A DNA stretch of 64,000 nucleotides. Source: Trichosphaerium sp. ATCC 40318. Its lineage: Eukaryota; Protista; Tubulinea. Under the pieces are notes generated by a model. The model was not told the origin of the DNA. It did not search any database and was given only the letters and a program-made list of their open reading frames with translations. This document shows, piece by piece, positions 1 through 11,119 of this stretch. A program made the position numbers and the translations under genes. Every line of letters begins with the position of its first letter. The stretch's first letter is position 1. The stretch lies in the NCBI GenBank assembly GCA_038496445.1, contig JALMLS010000453.1, forward strand, positions 1 through 64,000, in the 5' to 3' direction.

Positions 1-340
1 AAGACGTATACCAGGTTCCAATTGTACGTCCGCCTTTTGCTTGATATCTCCAATTGCGGTCCCTGTCTAACCACGCTAGCATCCACTTCTGGCCGGGTTT
101 GATAAAGAGAGTGAAAGAGGCTACTTGGATATGCCCCAAATATTCCATCGGTATGAATTTGTCTCCAGGTTGGATTATCCACGATTCAACTGTGAAGGGA
201 CCTGAGGAGTGGAACATGTGGTCATATCTCTTTGCAGTGATATGGGTAGGCGCTGAATTTTCAGCGTAGGGAGTCCAGTACGCAGCATGTACTATGCCGA
301 AAATAACAAGGGATAGGAAGATAAAGCGAATTGTTGCCAT
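1..340 (-). CDS. Secreted hypothetical protein, 3' end outside the window
   Basis: ATG at 340 on the minus strand, frame open to position 1: MATIRFIFLSLVIFGIVHA-AYWTPYAENSAP... Has a signal-peptide-like N-terminus. Not in the ORF track because no stop lies in the window. Confidence 0.7.
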   Translation of the reverse strand, partial: MATIRFIFLSLVIFGIVHAAYWTPYAENSAPTHITAKRYDHMFHSSGPFTVESWIIQPGDKFIPMEYLGHIQVASFTLFIKPGQKWMLAWLDRDRNWRYQAKGGRTIGTWYTS

Positions 341-1085
341 CAAGTTACCTTAGGTTTTTTTGTCTTCCTGAATTCTTACGGAATTTTAAAAAAAGTGCAC
401 ATCTCAGTTTGTACATTAAACTTATTTAGGATCCTTAGATCAATGGATTTATGGGGTTGACGGAAGGGCCTATGTACATTTTTTTGCGTTCAACATTGAA
501 CTCCTGAAAGGAACCCCAAATTTTGGCTAAAACTTTCACATGAAACCAACCCATTTCAAATGTTTGTCAACTGCGGTATGTTCTACGCTGCTTGACACAG
601 AACCAAATTAGCCTTTACACCTTGTTAGATGTCGCGCACATTAGGCTTTCAGGGAGGCACATTATTTGTTGAATCACCAATACCGATAGAATAGAATATT
701 CAACAAAGTCTGGTACGGAGTAAAACGAAACAAGGGCAGATACTCTTCGCTATTTCCAAGTCATGTTTCATTTTGTCACTTTGTACAGTCATCAACTCAC
801 AAGACGTATATTTGTGGGAAGTCTGGCTTACAACACTAGGCGGTCAAGACGGTGCAACTTACATTCATCCTTTTTCTTTTTGCGAACAAAGATAAATATT
901 AAAAAGACTAGAATTATTTTTTAAGATGTGCAGGTTTATTAGTTACGTTTACAAAGAAGATAAGCTTCTATGGCGAGGTTATGGAAAGGTGAGGTGGTGG
1001 TAAAAGAGTAAACAGAGTGAGAGGTCAAGAGAGAAAGAAATAAGACAAGAGAGTGAGAACTCATCAGTTTTTATTTATTTGTTTT

Positions 1086-2914
1086 TCAGAAAAAGAACGG
1101 TTTAGCTTCAACTACTGAGTTAAATTGACTCTTTTCATCAATTTGTATTGGTGATGGAGTAAAAGTAAACTTAGATTTGAATTTTAAAGCACCGTCTTTA
1201 AAATCAACTTGATTTGTCACATTCCCTTTTACGTCATACTGTGTTTCAAATCCTTGTCTTAAACCACCTTTATATTCAACATCCATCTTCACACTTCCGT
1301 CAGGATAAAACTCCTTATAAACGCCACATCGTGCACCATCTTTCATAAAACATTCTGACAAAAGGATACCATAATCATCAACTGTTGACGCTTTACCATT
1401 CTCTTCCCATCAACATAATTAGTAATGTAATATGTTTTTCCCTCGTCTTTACTCACTTTTGAAGTGCCTACAGGCTTACCTTCCTTAAGCATACTTGAGT
1501 TAATCAAAGTACCATTTGGTAGCCATTTTTGATAAGGCCCATTTTTTTTCCCATTCTCAAAGGTTTTTTCCTTTAGGGAACCGTTTAAGTAGTATTTTGT
1601 TTCTTCTCCATGTTTGATTCCTTCATTATAGGTTGTGTCGATAAATAAATTACCAGTTGGAAACCATTGTCTGTAGCGACCAATAATTTTGTCACTTTTT
1701 CTTGTTGTGTCTACTTGCAATTTACCTGATGTGTCCCATTCTTTGTAACGGCCATCAAGAACACCTACATAAAATTCCGTTAAGCTACTGAATATATTTG
1801 TATTTGGAAAATAATCACGTGTTTTCAGATGAGCAAAACAACAAACAGTAGCTAAGAAACTACAACACAATTTCTAAAAACAAAGATAAAACTAGAAGCA
1901 TACCTTCTTTGTATTGATGATGAATAATCATCTGTCCTGTCTTTGACCATACTTTATAGTCTCCGTGTTTGAGGTTATGTTTATAATGAGATAGCAATTG
2001 GATTTGACCGTCCTGAAAAAACTGCTTTGCTTCTCCTTCTAAATGACCATCAATATAGTTTTTGTGTTCATCGATTGAGCCATTTAAGTGATACTTCTTA
2101 TGCTCTCCATTAGGTACTCCGTCTATATAATTATATTCACGGGATAACATCCCTGATACTTTGAAATAGTACTTTGAAGTTCCCTGAAGTAAACCTTCCT
2201 TGAACAGTTTTTCTGAAGTGAGTTGTCCCGTATCAAACCATGTCTTTTCAAGCCCATCCTTTTTGCCTTTCTTGTAGTGACACTCTACCTGGTTGACCGT
2301 TACTATGCCACGCTTTATGACATTGTATAACTTTATTACCATTAAAGGAACTATAAGTCATATGCCTCTTTAGTTTCCCATCTGAGTACCATTGCTTGAC
2401 ATCTGAAGGTTGTTTATGATATATAAGTGTATCATGTAGATATTTCTTACAGTCTTGCACAACACCATCTTTGTATTGACTTATACAAGACTTACCATTT
2501 AAAGGATACTCAAATTCTACTTGTTCTCCATGTTTAAGTCCGTTTTTGTAGTTCGCTTTAAAGGTAAGTTTGTCTGTTTTACCTGGGCTGTACCAAAGAG
2601 AATATTTTCGTAGTTCTCCTTCCAATTTACCATTCTCATAAGATGCTGTAATGCGAACTGCCTTATTATCATTTGTTTTGAAGATGAACGACCCATGTCG
2701 TTCCAAGTTGTTGTTAAAGCGAGATGTCACTGCTGTTTGATAGCATAATAATGGCCATACCTCTTGGACAGCATAGTCTATATTACGTATAGCGTAGTGT
2801 AGCTCAATAGGTAGATTGAGTAACGTCAACGAACTATTTTGGAAAAAGCCGTTAGAAACGTTATTTACGCTTTAAATTGAACCTTGTCGTTGACGCTGAG
2901 TCTTCGGAAGACAT
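1086..2914 (-). CDS. F-box + MORN-variant (YwqK-like) repeat protein with two apparent frameshifts
   Basis: ATG 2914, phase-2 intron 2882-2834, F-box LLNLPIEL, many GxxxGxxxxWxxNG repeats, and an intron at about 1902-1769. Frame breaks near 2292 (about 2 nt missing) and near 1400 (one A missing in a short A-run). Pseudogene or assembly error. Confidence 0.8.
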
Positions 2915-4482
2915 TGAAGCAGTTTACGTTAAATAATATATCAATACCGTGTGGAGGTACGTCTCCAAAGTACCAAACAATTAGCGTGGTAAATATGTTG
3001 CGACACAACTGTTTCTGCGAAAAAAGCTGTTAACACTTAAACATAGTTAAGAGTGGGTGGAATTCTTCAAATTATTTTTTCCGCAGCTGTCATGGATGTT
3101 GTTGCTGTACGGATCATATTGTAACCGTGTTTAGTTTCAGAGTAGTCTATTACTCTGATTTTGATTGATTTTTGAAGATTGATTCTGTGTCAAACTCTGT
3201 GCTGTCTTAGCATGAATTCAACATTGTAGTTCATTGTTGTATTTTAAATCACGTGACTTGAAAAAAAAAAAGTTCTTGCTCTTTATGTCGAAGCACGTAA
3301 GCAATGCCTCAGTCCTTTTTTTGGAGTTAAACAAACCTGTATTTATTGAGTTAATACTGGTATCCCTGTCATACATCCTGCGGTTATGTATAGTTTGCAA
3401 CAACTAAGTTAGTGTTGCCCGCAAGTGCTACAAAATAGAAAAAGTTGTGATACCAAGTATAGACGTCTTAACATTGTCGCCACATTCTTCTGTTGGACAA
3501 CCGGTAAATAGAAAACTCAAGCATTGAAGCTATAAGGCGTAAAAAGTCCTTAAAGGATGCAGAACCTTTACGCAAACAACAGACCGCTATCTACTTTGAT
3601 GCTGAATGTACTCATAGACCTTTGCAAAGAACTATTCTATAGTTTTACTTAGTTTCTGAAGCTCACATTCAACGATTCATACCACATTGGTTCCTGCTAG
3701 CTAACTTGGGTTCGTTTCCTTTCATCATCAGCTTGTATCTACATTTTAATATCTCTCGCCTACAGCCAATCTACTATTTGGTACTCACATGACCCCTTTC
3801 AACATTTAGCTCTTAACAACCGCCTCCCTTTGTCCGCACTAATATGTCTATCCCGAATGTAGGTTTAATGGCAAAGAACTTGATTAGGTATGTGTAAATC
3901 TCCGTGTTACAACACATTCTCCAATGGCCACATAGTGCTGTGCTATTGATCCTCACGAGAATAAACATGAACCTAGAAAATCGAATTAAAGAAATAATTG
4001 TTTAGTGCAGCTTTACGCTTACATCACGTGCTCAACTCAATTGGCAGGTTGTTTTATCTGAAACCTACAGATAATACGTGGCCGTTTCACAATCAGAAGC
4101 TAGCACCTGTGTAAATTGCTACTTCATAATCTCCAGCGGTGGCTCTACAAAGATGTAAATCCTCCCCTCTTTTTTGGGGTTCGTAGTTTAAAGTGGTTTC
4201 AGCTTACAAATAAAAAAGCGAGAAATCTGGTGAAAGTGATAAAATCATATGTAGTATATCAATGGGCTCTAAAGACAATTTCTAGGGTCGTGTCTGACCC
4301 AAGTCGCCAAAAACTAGGCACGTGCGGGGAAAATATGTGAACTTGCGATGACTAGGAACTAATATGGAGATTCACAATGGTCATTTACAACTGACTTTTT
4401 TAACCTGGTTTTTACGAAATTAACACCTCACGTTGTAATCATTGAGTCTGTCAAGGAAGCTTTTCCGTTCTATGTAACACCA

Positions 4483-5057
4483 ATGTATCACTTATCACTA
4501 CTACTTTCCCTACTTTTTGCTATGATAGTCATTTCCGTTGTATTCTTTAGTATGGTAACAAAAGCAACCGTAAAAAGGAGTTAACGTTGAATTTACTCTT
4601 TACATAGTGCCAAGAAACTAGTAATCCTTGTATAGATGACTGTCTGGCTATCCTTGATTCTGGAACTGTTGGTGCTCAAAGAAAAACATTTCGCAGCGTG
4701 TGCTTTGTTGCTTGTAGCCAAGACGAAACAGATAAGCCTACAGATACACCAAGTGATCAACCAAACAATGTGGGAGAATCCGAAGACCCAGATATCAGCT
4801 GTTTCGTCAGATGCCGACACACGTTCCAAACGTGTTTCGCATCAACTACCGACAATGAAAGAAAACAATGTTTACACGATTTCAAAGGTTGCGAGCAAGA
4901 CTGTGACTCACAATCGACACCATATCATACTTCAGACCCTTCATTCAAACAAGCTTGTACTGGAGAGCACAGAGATTGTAGCGGAGATATTCAAGAATGC
5001 AAGGACACCCTGCAAATATGTCATACAGATCAGCGGGATGAAATCTCAGCCAACTAA
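4483..5057 (+). CDS. Small secreted Cys-rich protein with CxxxC helical-hairpin pattern
   Basis: MYHLSLLLSLLFAMIVISV signal, intron ending at 4607, then CQETSNPCIDDC...CFVAC...CFVRC...CLHDFKGCEQDC...; stop at 5057. Confidence 0.7.
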
Positions 5058-5273
5058 AGAACATCTGTGAAATGATCGTGGGTTTAATTATTTGTTTTTG
5101 CAAAATAAACATGCTAAATTTATAGCCCTTCCTAGTCAATGAATTAAGAGATGATCAGTAACTACGTTTGTTCATAATATTATAAAACAACCAGTACTTT
5201 CCAATTTCTTCCGTTAAAATATGCGAAAATTCGCTACAATTGTTTTTCCGTATTTGCTCAAAGGTACAGTACG

Positions 5274-7356
5274 ATGGGCAACAGCTTTCCGAAAACCCCT
5301 TTTCATGCTAAGAGTGCGGCAGCTGAGGTAACTGCATACTATAAAACTGATTTAAAAGGGAAAACAGTTGTGATTACAGGTAAACAAACGAGTATGCCGT
5401 ATATGTTCTAACCAGTACGATTAGGAGCAAATGGAGGAATTGGTTTGTAAACGTAGTACAACAAGCGCTAACTACAAGATAGGTCTGGAAACCGCCCGCG
5501 CAATGGCTCTTTGTGGCGCAACAACGGTTCTTGCGTGTCGTAATCTCCAAAAAGCTGCTGACGCCACTGAAAGCATAAAACAGAGTCTCACAGATGCAGG
5601 AATATCTGTAGATACTGTACTAACGAAATCTGTAAGTCTAAACTTGTTCTGGACATTTAAACTATCAAGTAACCTATGTGTAGTTGGATTTGGGATCTCT
5701 ACAGTCCGTGCGCGACTTTGTTAGCGACCTAGATGTAGAAAAGATAGACATTCTTGTATTGAACGCTGGTACACTTTCCGGCCTGATTTAACGCCTCCAG
5801 GCATAGTATTAATATCCAGTATAGCCATTTTATATACACCAGAAAGAGAAGAAACACAGGACGGATTTGAATCCTTGATTGGTGTCAACCACTTTGGGCA
5901 TTTGTACGATCTTTATGTACATTCATTATTATTTGCCTGCTTGCTATGAACGACGCAAACACTGTTTGTTTAATCATGGCACTAAGCACATGCAATTGTG
6001 CCTTCCTTGGAGGCCACTACACGTATTATTAAGCCACGAAGTTGAGATCTTTTTTTTTTTTTATGAAGTTTATTTATTTTGTCATTTTGCTATTCTTACT
6101 TACGTATTATGTATTGCCTATGTTTCACCATTCTATAATAGTTTTGTTTGTAAAATTCTAGACATTTTTTTTGGGTGCTACACTCCTTGTAGAGCATTTC
6201 TACGGACCAAGCAACATTTTTTTGATGATCTTAACTTGCTTTATCTAATTATTTGTTTTAGTTTACTGACGCATCTCCTTATGCCTAAAATAAAGAAGGC
6301 TGGAAAGGCTCGCATAGTTGTTGTTAGCTCAGAAGCGTACAAATTTGGCGAACGTAAGTGTGAATTCTATACAATTTTTTTATTGTTGCTAATTGTTGTT
6401 TTTTTGAAGTTGATCTTGAAGACCTCCACTGGAAGAATCGTAAATTTAAAGTACGTAATTAACATTGTAAGTAATAGGATCCTCTAACGTTAACCTAGAA
6501 CTTTGGTAGCTACGGGCAAAGCAAACTAGCCAACATTTACTTCACAAGTACGTTTTTTTTTTTCTCTTTTCTGATTTCTTTCTTACTTTTCTTAGAGGAA
6601 CTAAACAAGCGTCTTGCTGATGAAGGTTGCGATATTACTGTTAACGCATTACACCCAGGTATTTTATTGACCATATAGCTTTTACGAACTCTTTCGTCTT
6701 AGGTGCTACATGGACTCCAGGATTTGAAGAGGCTATAACCACTGTTTCAAAGCTTACTCGGATGTTCAAGGGTTTTTTGAAGAACTCGGAACAAGTACTT
6801 TTCTAAACACTTAATCATTGTATTAACGAACAAAAAAGGGAGCTTCAACAACTGTGTATGTTGCTTTAAGCCCAGATTTGGAAGGTGTAGGAGGAAGATA
6901 CTTTATGGATTGCAGAGCACGTTTTTTTTTGTTTTTTATCTTACCACAACATTACTGATTAGTTATTAGGAGTGCGGGCTCAAGGCTTTTGCTTGTGATA
7001 TGGATATAGCAAAGAAATTGTATGATCACACGCTTAATGTTCTTGGTTTAAACGAAGAAACAGAAGACATAGCAGATAGTGATACTGAACCACCTAAAGA
7101 AGCAACAACATCAGATGACACGCCTGTTGATGAACAAGTTAAAGACGAGGAACCTCTTAAAGAAGAAACAACATCAAATGACACGCCCGTTGATGAACAA
7201 GTTAAAGACGAGGAACCTCCTAAAGAAGAAACAACATCGGATGATCAAGTTGATGAACCTGAACTACCTATACAAGATACAATACCAGGTGATATATCTA
7301 TTGATGTTGCTGATATTACAGAGCAAGATGAAAGTGATACTAGCGCAACAGAGTGA
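5274..7356 (+). CDS. Short-chain dehydrogenase/reductase (RDH12/WWOX-like) with MG N-terminus and acidic repeat tail
   Basis: Spliced TVVITGANGGIGLETA, LACRN, ILVLNAG, GVNHFGH, YGQSKLAN, VNALHPG, GGRYFMDC motifs; about 10 introns. Confidence 0.92.
7087..7245 (+). repeat. 63-nt coding tandem repeat, about 2.5 copies (EPPKEATTSDDTPVDEQVKDE)
   Basis: Near-identical units start at 7087, 7150 and 7213. Confidence 0.9.
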
Positions 7357-7954
7357 CTCTAAATACTCATTATCATTGAAATAAAAACAAAGTTGGCATT
7401 GACTTGGGTTAGTGAAGCATGTAACCAACACAGCTATTCGTCATGGTTAAATCTTACAGTGTTAAATAAGCGGAATTTGCACCCAAAACGATGTTCAGCA
7501 ACTATTCAGAGATTATCTAAGCATTCCACATAGGCTTAATGGCTTTTGAATCACTTGTTTAGCGCTTTTTTTTACACGAAACACATCTGTGGTTGCAACA
7601 CGTGTGGAGAACACTTCCAAAACACGGAAATCACAAAAGTGTTTCCAACGCCAAACGAAAAAAAGTGACCAAAAGCGAACGGAGTCCTCTAAAAACGAAA
7701 GAAAACAGCATTTTTGGGTACTTGTTAGCAGAATGTTCCGTTAAAAGGGAAAAAATTTGCCAAATTTGCTTTTTCTTATTTCCAGTAGTATCCAACAAGA
7801 AGGTGAGGAGACAAAGTACAATATGGAGTATTTGTTCATAAAAAGTAACTTAAAGTTTAAATTAAGTTATTCATCCTTATTTAGGTGCATCTGTCTTGTT
7901 TAGGAAGCAAGCTCTTCTTAATTAAAAACTACTACTCAGACGCTCCACTACAGC

Positions 7955-8239
7955 ATGTTTAGCTCTTCAACGTTAACTATAATCGTCCTTGTTAGTTTAT
8001 GCGCTATTGTGTTAGCACAACGCGACCACTGGACGCGCAAGGCTGCGTGCAACCGCTATCGTTACTTACCAAACTGCCACGGCCTACGGGATACACCTCG
8101 CCGTACCACCTCTAGACATTCCTCTAGAAGCCAACAAAGAGATGCTTGCGCTGTATGTCGTGACAATTACCGCCAGTGCACCCTGTACAACTCTGACTAT
8201 AGATGTGGAAAAATGAATTCTTGCATTCACCGGTGTTAA
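7955..8239 (+). CDS. Small secreted cationic Cys-rich peptide (94 aa)
   Basis: Intronless; signal peptide MFSSSTLTIIVLVSLCAIVLA; mature part is Arg-rich with 8 Cys. Confidence 0.75.
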   Translation: MFSSSTLTIIVLVSLCAIVLAQRDHWTRKAACNRYRYLPNCHGLRDTPRRTTSRHSSRSQQRDACAVCRDNYRQCTLYNSDYRCGKMNSCIHRC

Positions 8240-8436
8240 TCGTGTAGTATAAATAAACTTGTTTATTTCATTTTGTATCATTCTTGCTACAATTAGCTGA
8301 AGATTTATCTACTCAAGCCAAACCCTAAAGTTTTTCGACTTCCCCTCAAAAACAAAAGACTGAAATTAGGACCAGTTCTCCAAAACGTTTAAGGATATCG
8401 TTTATTTACGAAGAGAACAAGAAAACAAAGTACAGT

Positions 8437-9255
8437 TTATCTTAAACAAAGAATTTGGAGAAGAGTGTCTCCAGCAGAAACATTATTTTCTTTCATTGTC
8501 TTCTCGTTCACTAGCTTGACATCCTTACAATACAATGAAAGTTGGGTAGTGGGTATGCCTTCGGAGTCGTTAATTTTAACGAGTAGGACATCAAGGGCGT
8601 CATCGGCAACGTAAGGGTAAAAAGAAGTACTGAAAGTTAGAGTCTCGATGCGAATATAATTTGGAGGCGTGAGTCCTAAATCTTGCAAAAGTTCAGGGTC
8701 CGTAGTGTCTTTGAATTCTTTTACAAAGTCATCAATACTCATCCCAGTTATATCTTTACCGCCAGCAATAAAACTGAGAAGTTGAGATCCACTGGCATCC
8801 AAGGAATCGGCTTTTCCACTATTTGCAACTTTGTAGAATATTTGAAGACGTGTCGATAAATCACGTGATTTTGCTAAATCGCACATGTGAACGAATTCAC
8901 CCAAATCAACAAAACCGTTTTCATCATCATCTAAAGCCTTGAATATCTGTGCAATATCTCCAAGCTTCTTTCTCTTCAAAGTGCGTTTTAACCTGAGAAA
9001 AGGCATAATACCGATTATATTATCTAGGCTTATTTTTTTTCTTCCTCTTTCGCTACCAATAGTATATTCGTTCTGATCTACTAGTTTTCCGAGAGTTTCG
9101 CATGTCAAAACGGCTATTTTGCCTTTCTTCTTACTATGATCTGCAAAAGTAGCTTTAAGAGACTCTACTTCTCCCAGATTAAGGTTTTCTACGTCTAGAC
9201 TTGATAAAGAAGCGTTCTCGCTTGCTTGTACTTTGCCGCCTTGCTTGTTGCCCAT
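8437..9255 (-). CDS. N-myristoylated EF-hand protein (calcineurin-B/NCS-like) with C-terminal ubiquitin-like domain
   Basis: MGNKQG N-terminus; EF loop DDDENGFVDLGE; RLQIFYKV; C-terminal KINDSEGIPTTQLSLY...KTMKENNVSAGDTL...LCLR resembles ubiquitin. Confidence 0.8.
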   Translation of the reverse strand: MGNKQGGKVQASENASLSSLDVENLNLGEVESLKATFADHSKKKGKIAVLTCETLGKLVDQNEYTIGSERGRKKISLDNIIGIMPFLRLKRTLKRKKLGDIAQIFKALDDDENGFVDLGEFVHMCDLAKSRDLSTRLQIFYKVANSGKADSLDASGSQLLSFIAGGKDITGMSIDDFVKEFKDTTDPELLQDLGLTPPNYIRIETLTFSTSFYPYVADDALDVLLVKINDSEGIPTTQLSLYCKDVKLVNEKTMKENNVSAGDTLLQILCLR

Positions 9256-10101
9256 TGTTGGTTAGATATATTTAAATGGAAAGCGAGTCAGCAGTACGTC
9301 AAAAAATGCTCGAGTTTTCTCAAACTTGGAACTATTTCGGGTTTCGTATACATGTCAAGTCGGGCAAATCTCTTTAAGAACAGGCAGAGCGCTTACTCTT
9401 ACTTTATTATTCAAGTCAGGGTAAACCCGGAAAATTACCAATTCGAATTTTTGGGAACTTCTTGTTAATTTGCGAAAGGTGGGTAAGGAGCCGAGAAAGA
9501 CCCAACAAATGTCTTCATCTGAAAAAAGTCAAAAAATGTAAAAAAACTGTTTTGGAGACTAATCACGTGTGGTGAAAACGTAGCTGATGTTGTTGAGAGG
9601 CTACTGGTCTGTAAAATAACATAAAGAATGATTTCTCATAAAAGATGTCAAACAACATTTGTTAAGTGCAAAACAATACTTGCTGGCTAATCAATGTGTA
9701 GATAACGTACACCAGATGTTGAAAATTTACTACATGACCTTCACAAAGACTAGATGTTTGAAGATTCAAAGAATATTTGGCAAAGGTCAAAATTGTGCGG
9801 AGTTTTAAACCCATTTGATAAGAAAAATTGTATGCCAACGGTTGGAAGTTCAAGAAATACTGCTAGGGTATCTGAGACCTTTAAGATTCATTTCCTTTTC
9901 TCTCTGTTAAACCATGAAAGGTATTACAAAAAATAAGTGTTCAAGACTTTCTCTTCCCACACTGTTGTACAAGTTGAGGTATATTACGTTTCCGCATAGA
10001 TAGTTTTGTGGCAATCGCTAGGTTAATTCTATGGCTAGTTTTGTTTGATCAAATAGTGAAATTGTACAGGTTGCAAAAACGGGGTATTCGGTTGTGTATT
10101 T

Positions 10102-10851
10102 ATGAACATACACTTGAGTGGTTGTAGTCGTATTACAGATGAGGGTATTGAAGCCTTGGCTGGCGTACATACAATCAATTTGAGTCATTGCAAGGGAATA
10201 ACAAACCATGGTGTTACAGCTTTATCTGGCGCTCATACTATTAACTTAGCAGATACACTAGTGTCTGACAAAGGTATATGTGAACTGAATGGAGTCCACA
10301 GCATTGATTTATCAGATACAAACGTTTCAGGATCCGGGTTTAAGGCACTGGTTGGCATACACACTATCAAATTATGTCATTGCAGTAGTTTAAGAGATTC
10401 AGGTATCAATGCATTGATGGGCATACATACAATCAATTTAGACTATTGCAAAACAATTACCAATGAAGGTATAAAGCCATTGAGTGGTGTGTATAGAATT
10501 AAGCTAGCAGGAACACGTGTCACAGATGAAGGGCTTATCGCTTTGGCTGGTGTGTATTCTATTAAATTGAGAGACTGCAAATTAATAACAGACTATGGTA
10601 TCAAAGCCTTGTCTGGTGTAAAGGACATTAATTTGTCTGGAACAAATGTAACAGATGAAGGATTAAAGGCGCTTGTTGGTGTACACAAGATTGATGTATC
10701 GTACACAATGGTTACAGATGAGGGTATAAAGGTATTGATTGGAGTACATACTCTTAAAGTAATAGATTGCTATGGAATAACTAACAAATGCATTGAGGCA
10801 TTGGGAGTGCATAAAGTTTATCATAGTATTCTTGACAAATTCAAGCTATAG
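10102..10851 (+). CDS. LRR-only member of the GVHTIxL LRR family (about 11 repeats, no F-box found)
   Basis: 21-22 aa repeats LxGVHTIxLxxxxITDEGIxA; the ORF begins mid-repeat and I could not trace an upstream F-box. Confidence 0.75.
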   Translation: MNIHLSGCSRITDEGIEALAGVHTINLSHCKGITNHGVTALSGAHTINLADTLVSDKGICELNGVHSIDLSDTNVSGSGFKALVGIHTIKLCHCSSLRDSGINALMGIHTINLDYCKTITNEGIKPLSGVYRIKLAGTRVTDEGLIALAGVYSIKLRDCKLITDYGIKALSGVKDINLSGTNVTDEGLKALVGVHKIDVSYTMVTDEGIKVLIGVHTLKVIDCYGITNKCIEALGVHKVYHSILDKFKL

Positions 10852-11119
10852 GCTTTGGTGTCAAATTTCAACAAGTTTAGGATGTACTAAGTCTACACTG
10901 GCTATTAGCGCGTGTATGTCAACAATTACTACCACAGTAATACCACATATTGGAAGGCTTGAACTGTATAAGTGGACCGATCGATTTGTCGTGTCAGAAA
11001 CCTGCAAACGACCAATACGAATGCAAACCTATTTCAATGACATTGTGGTACTTTTGTATTGAACTTGTCTTGTTTACCTCATATGAGAAAATACGTATTT
11101 TTTGAGTAAGGTTTTTTTA

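Noticed and set aside
1086-2829. Programmed ribosomal frameshifting across the four stacked MORN ORFs
   Set aside because: One junction is an ordinary GT-AG intron, one is a single A missing in an A-run, and no common slippery motif is shared.
2915-4480. Transposon remnant in the longest intergenic gap
   Set aside because: No terminal repeats, target duplication or transposase/RT similarity visible.
4636-5070. Second overlapping 144-codon ORF
   Set aside because: No recognisable features; the other frame has the signal peptide and Cys pattern. Likely a chance open frame.
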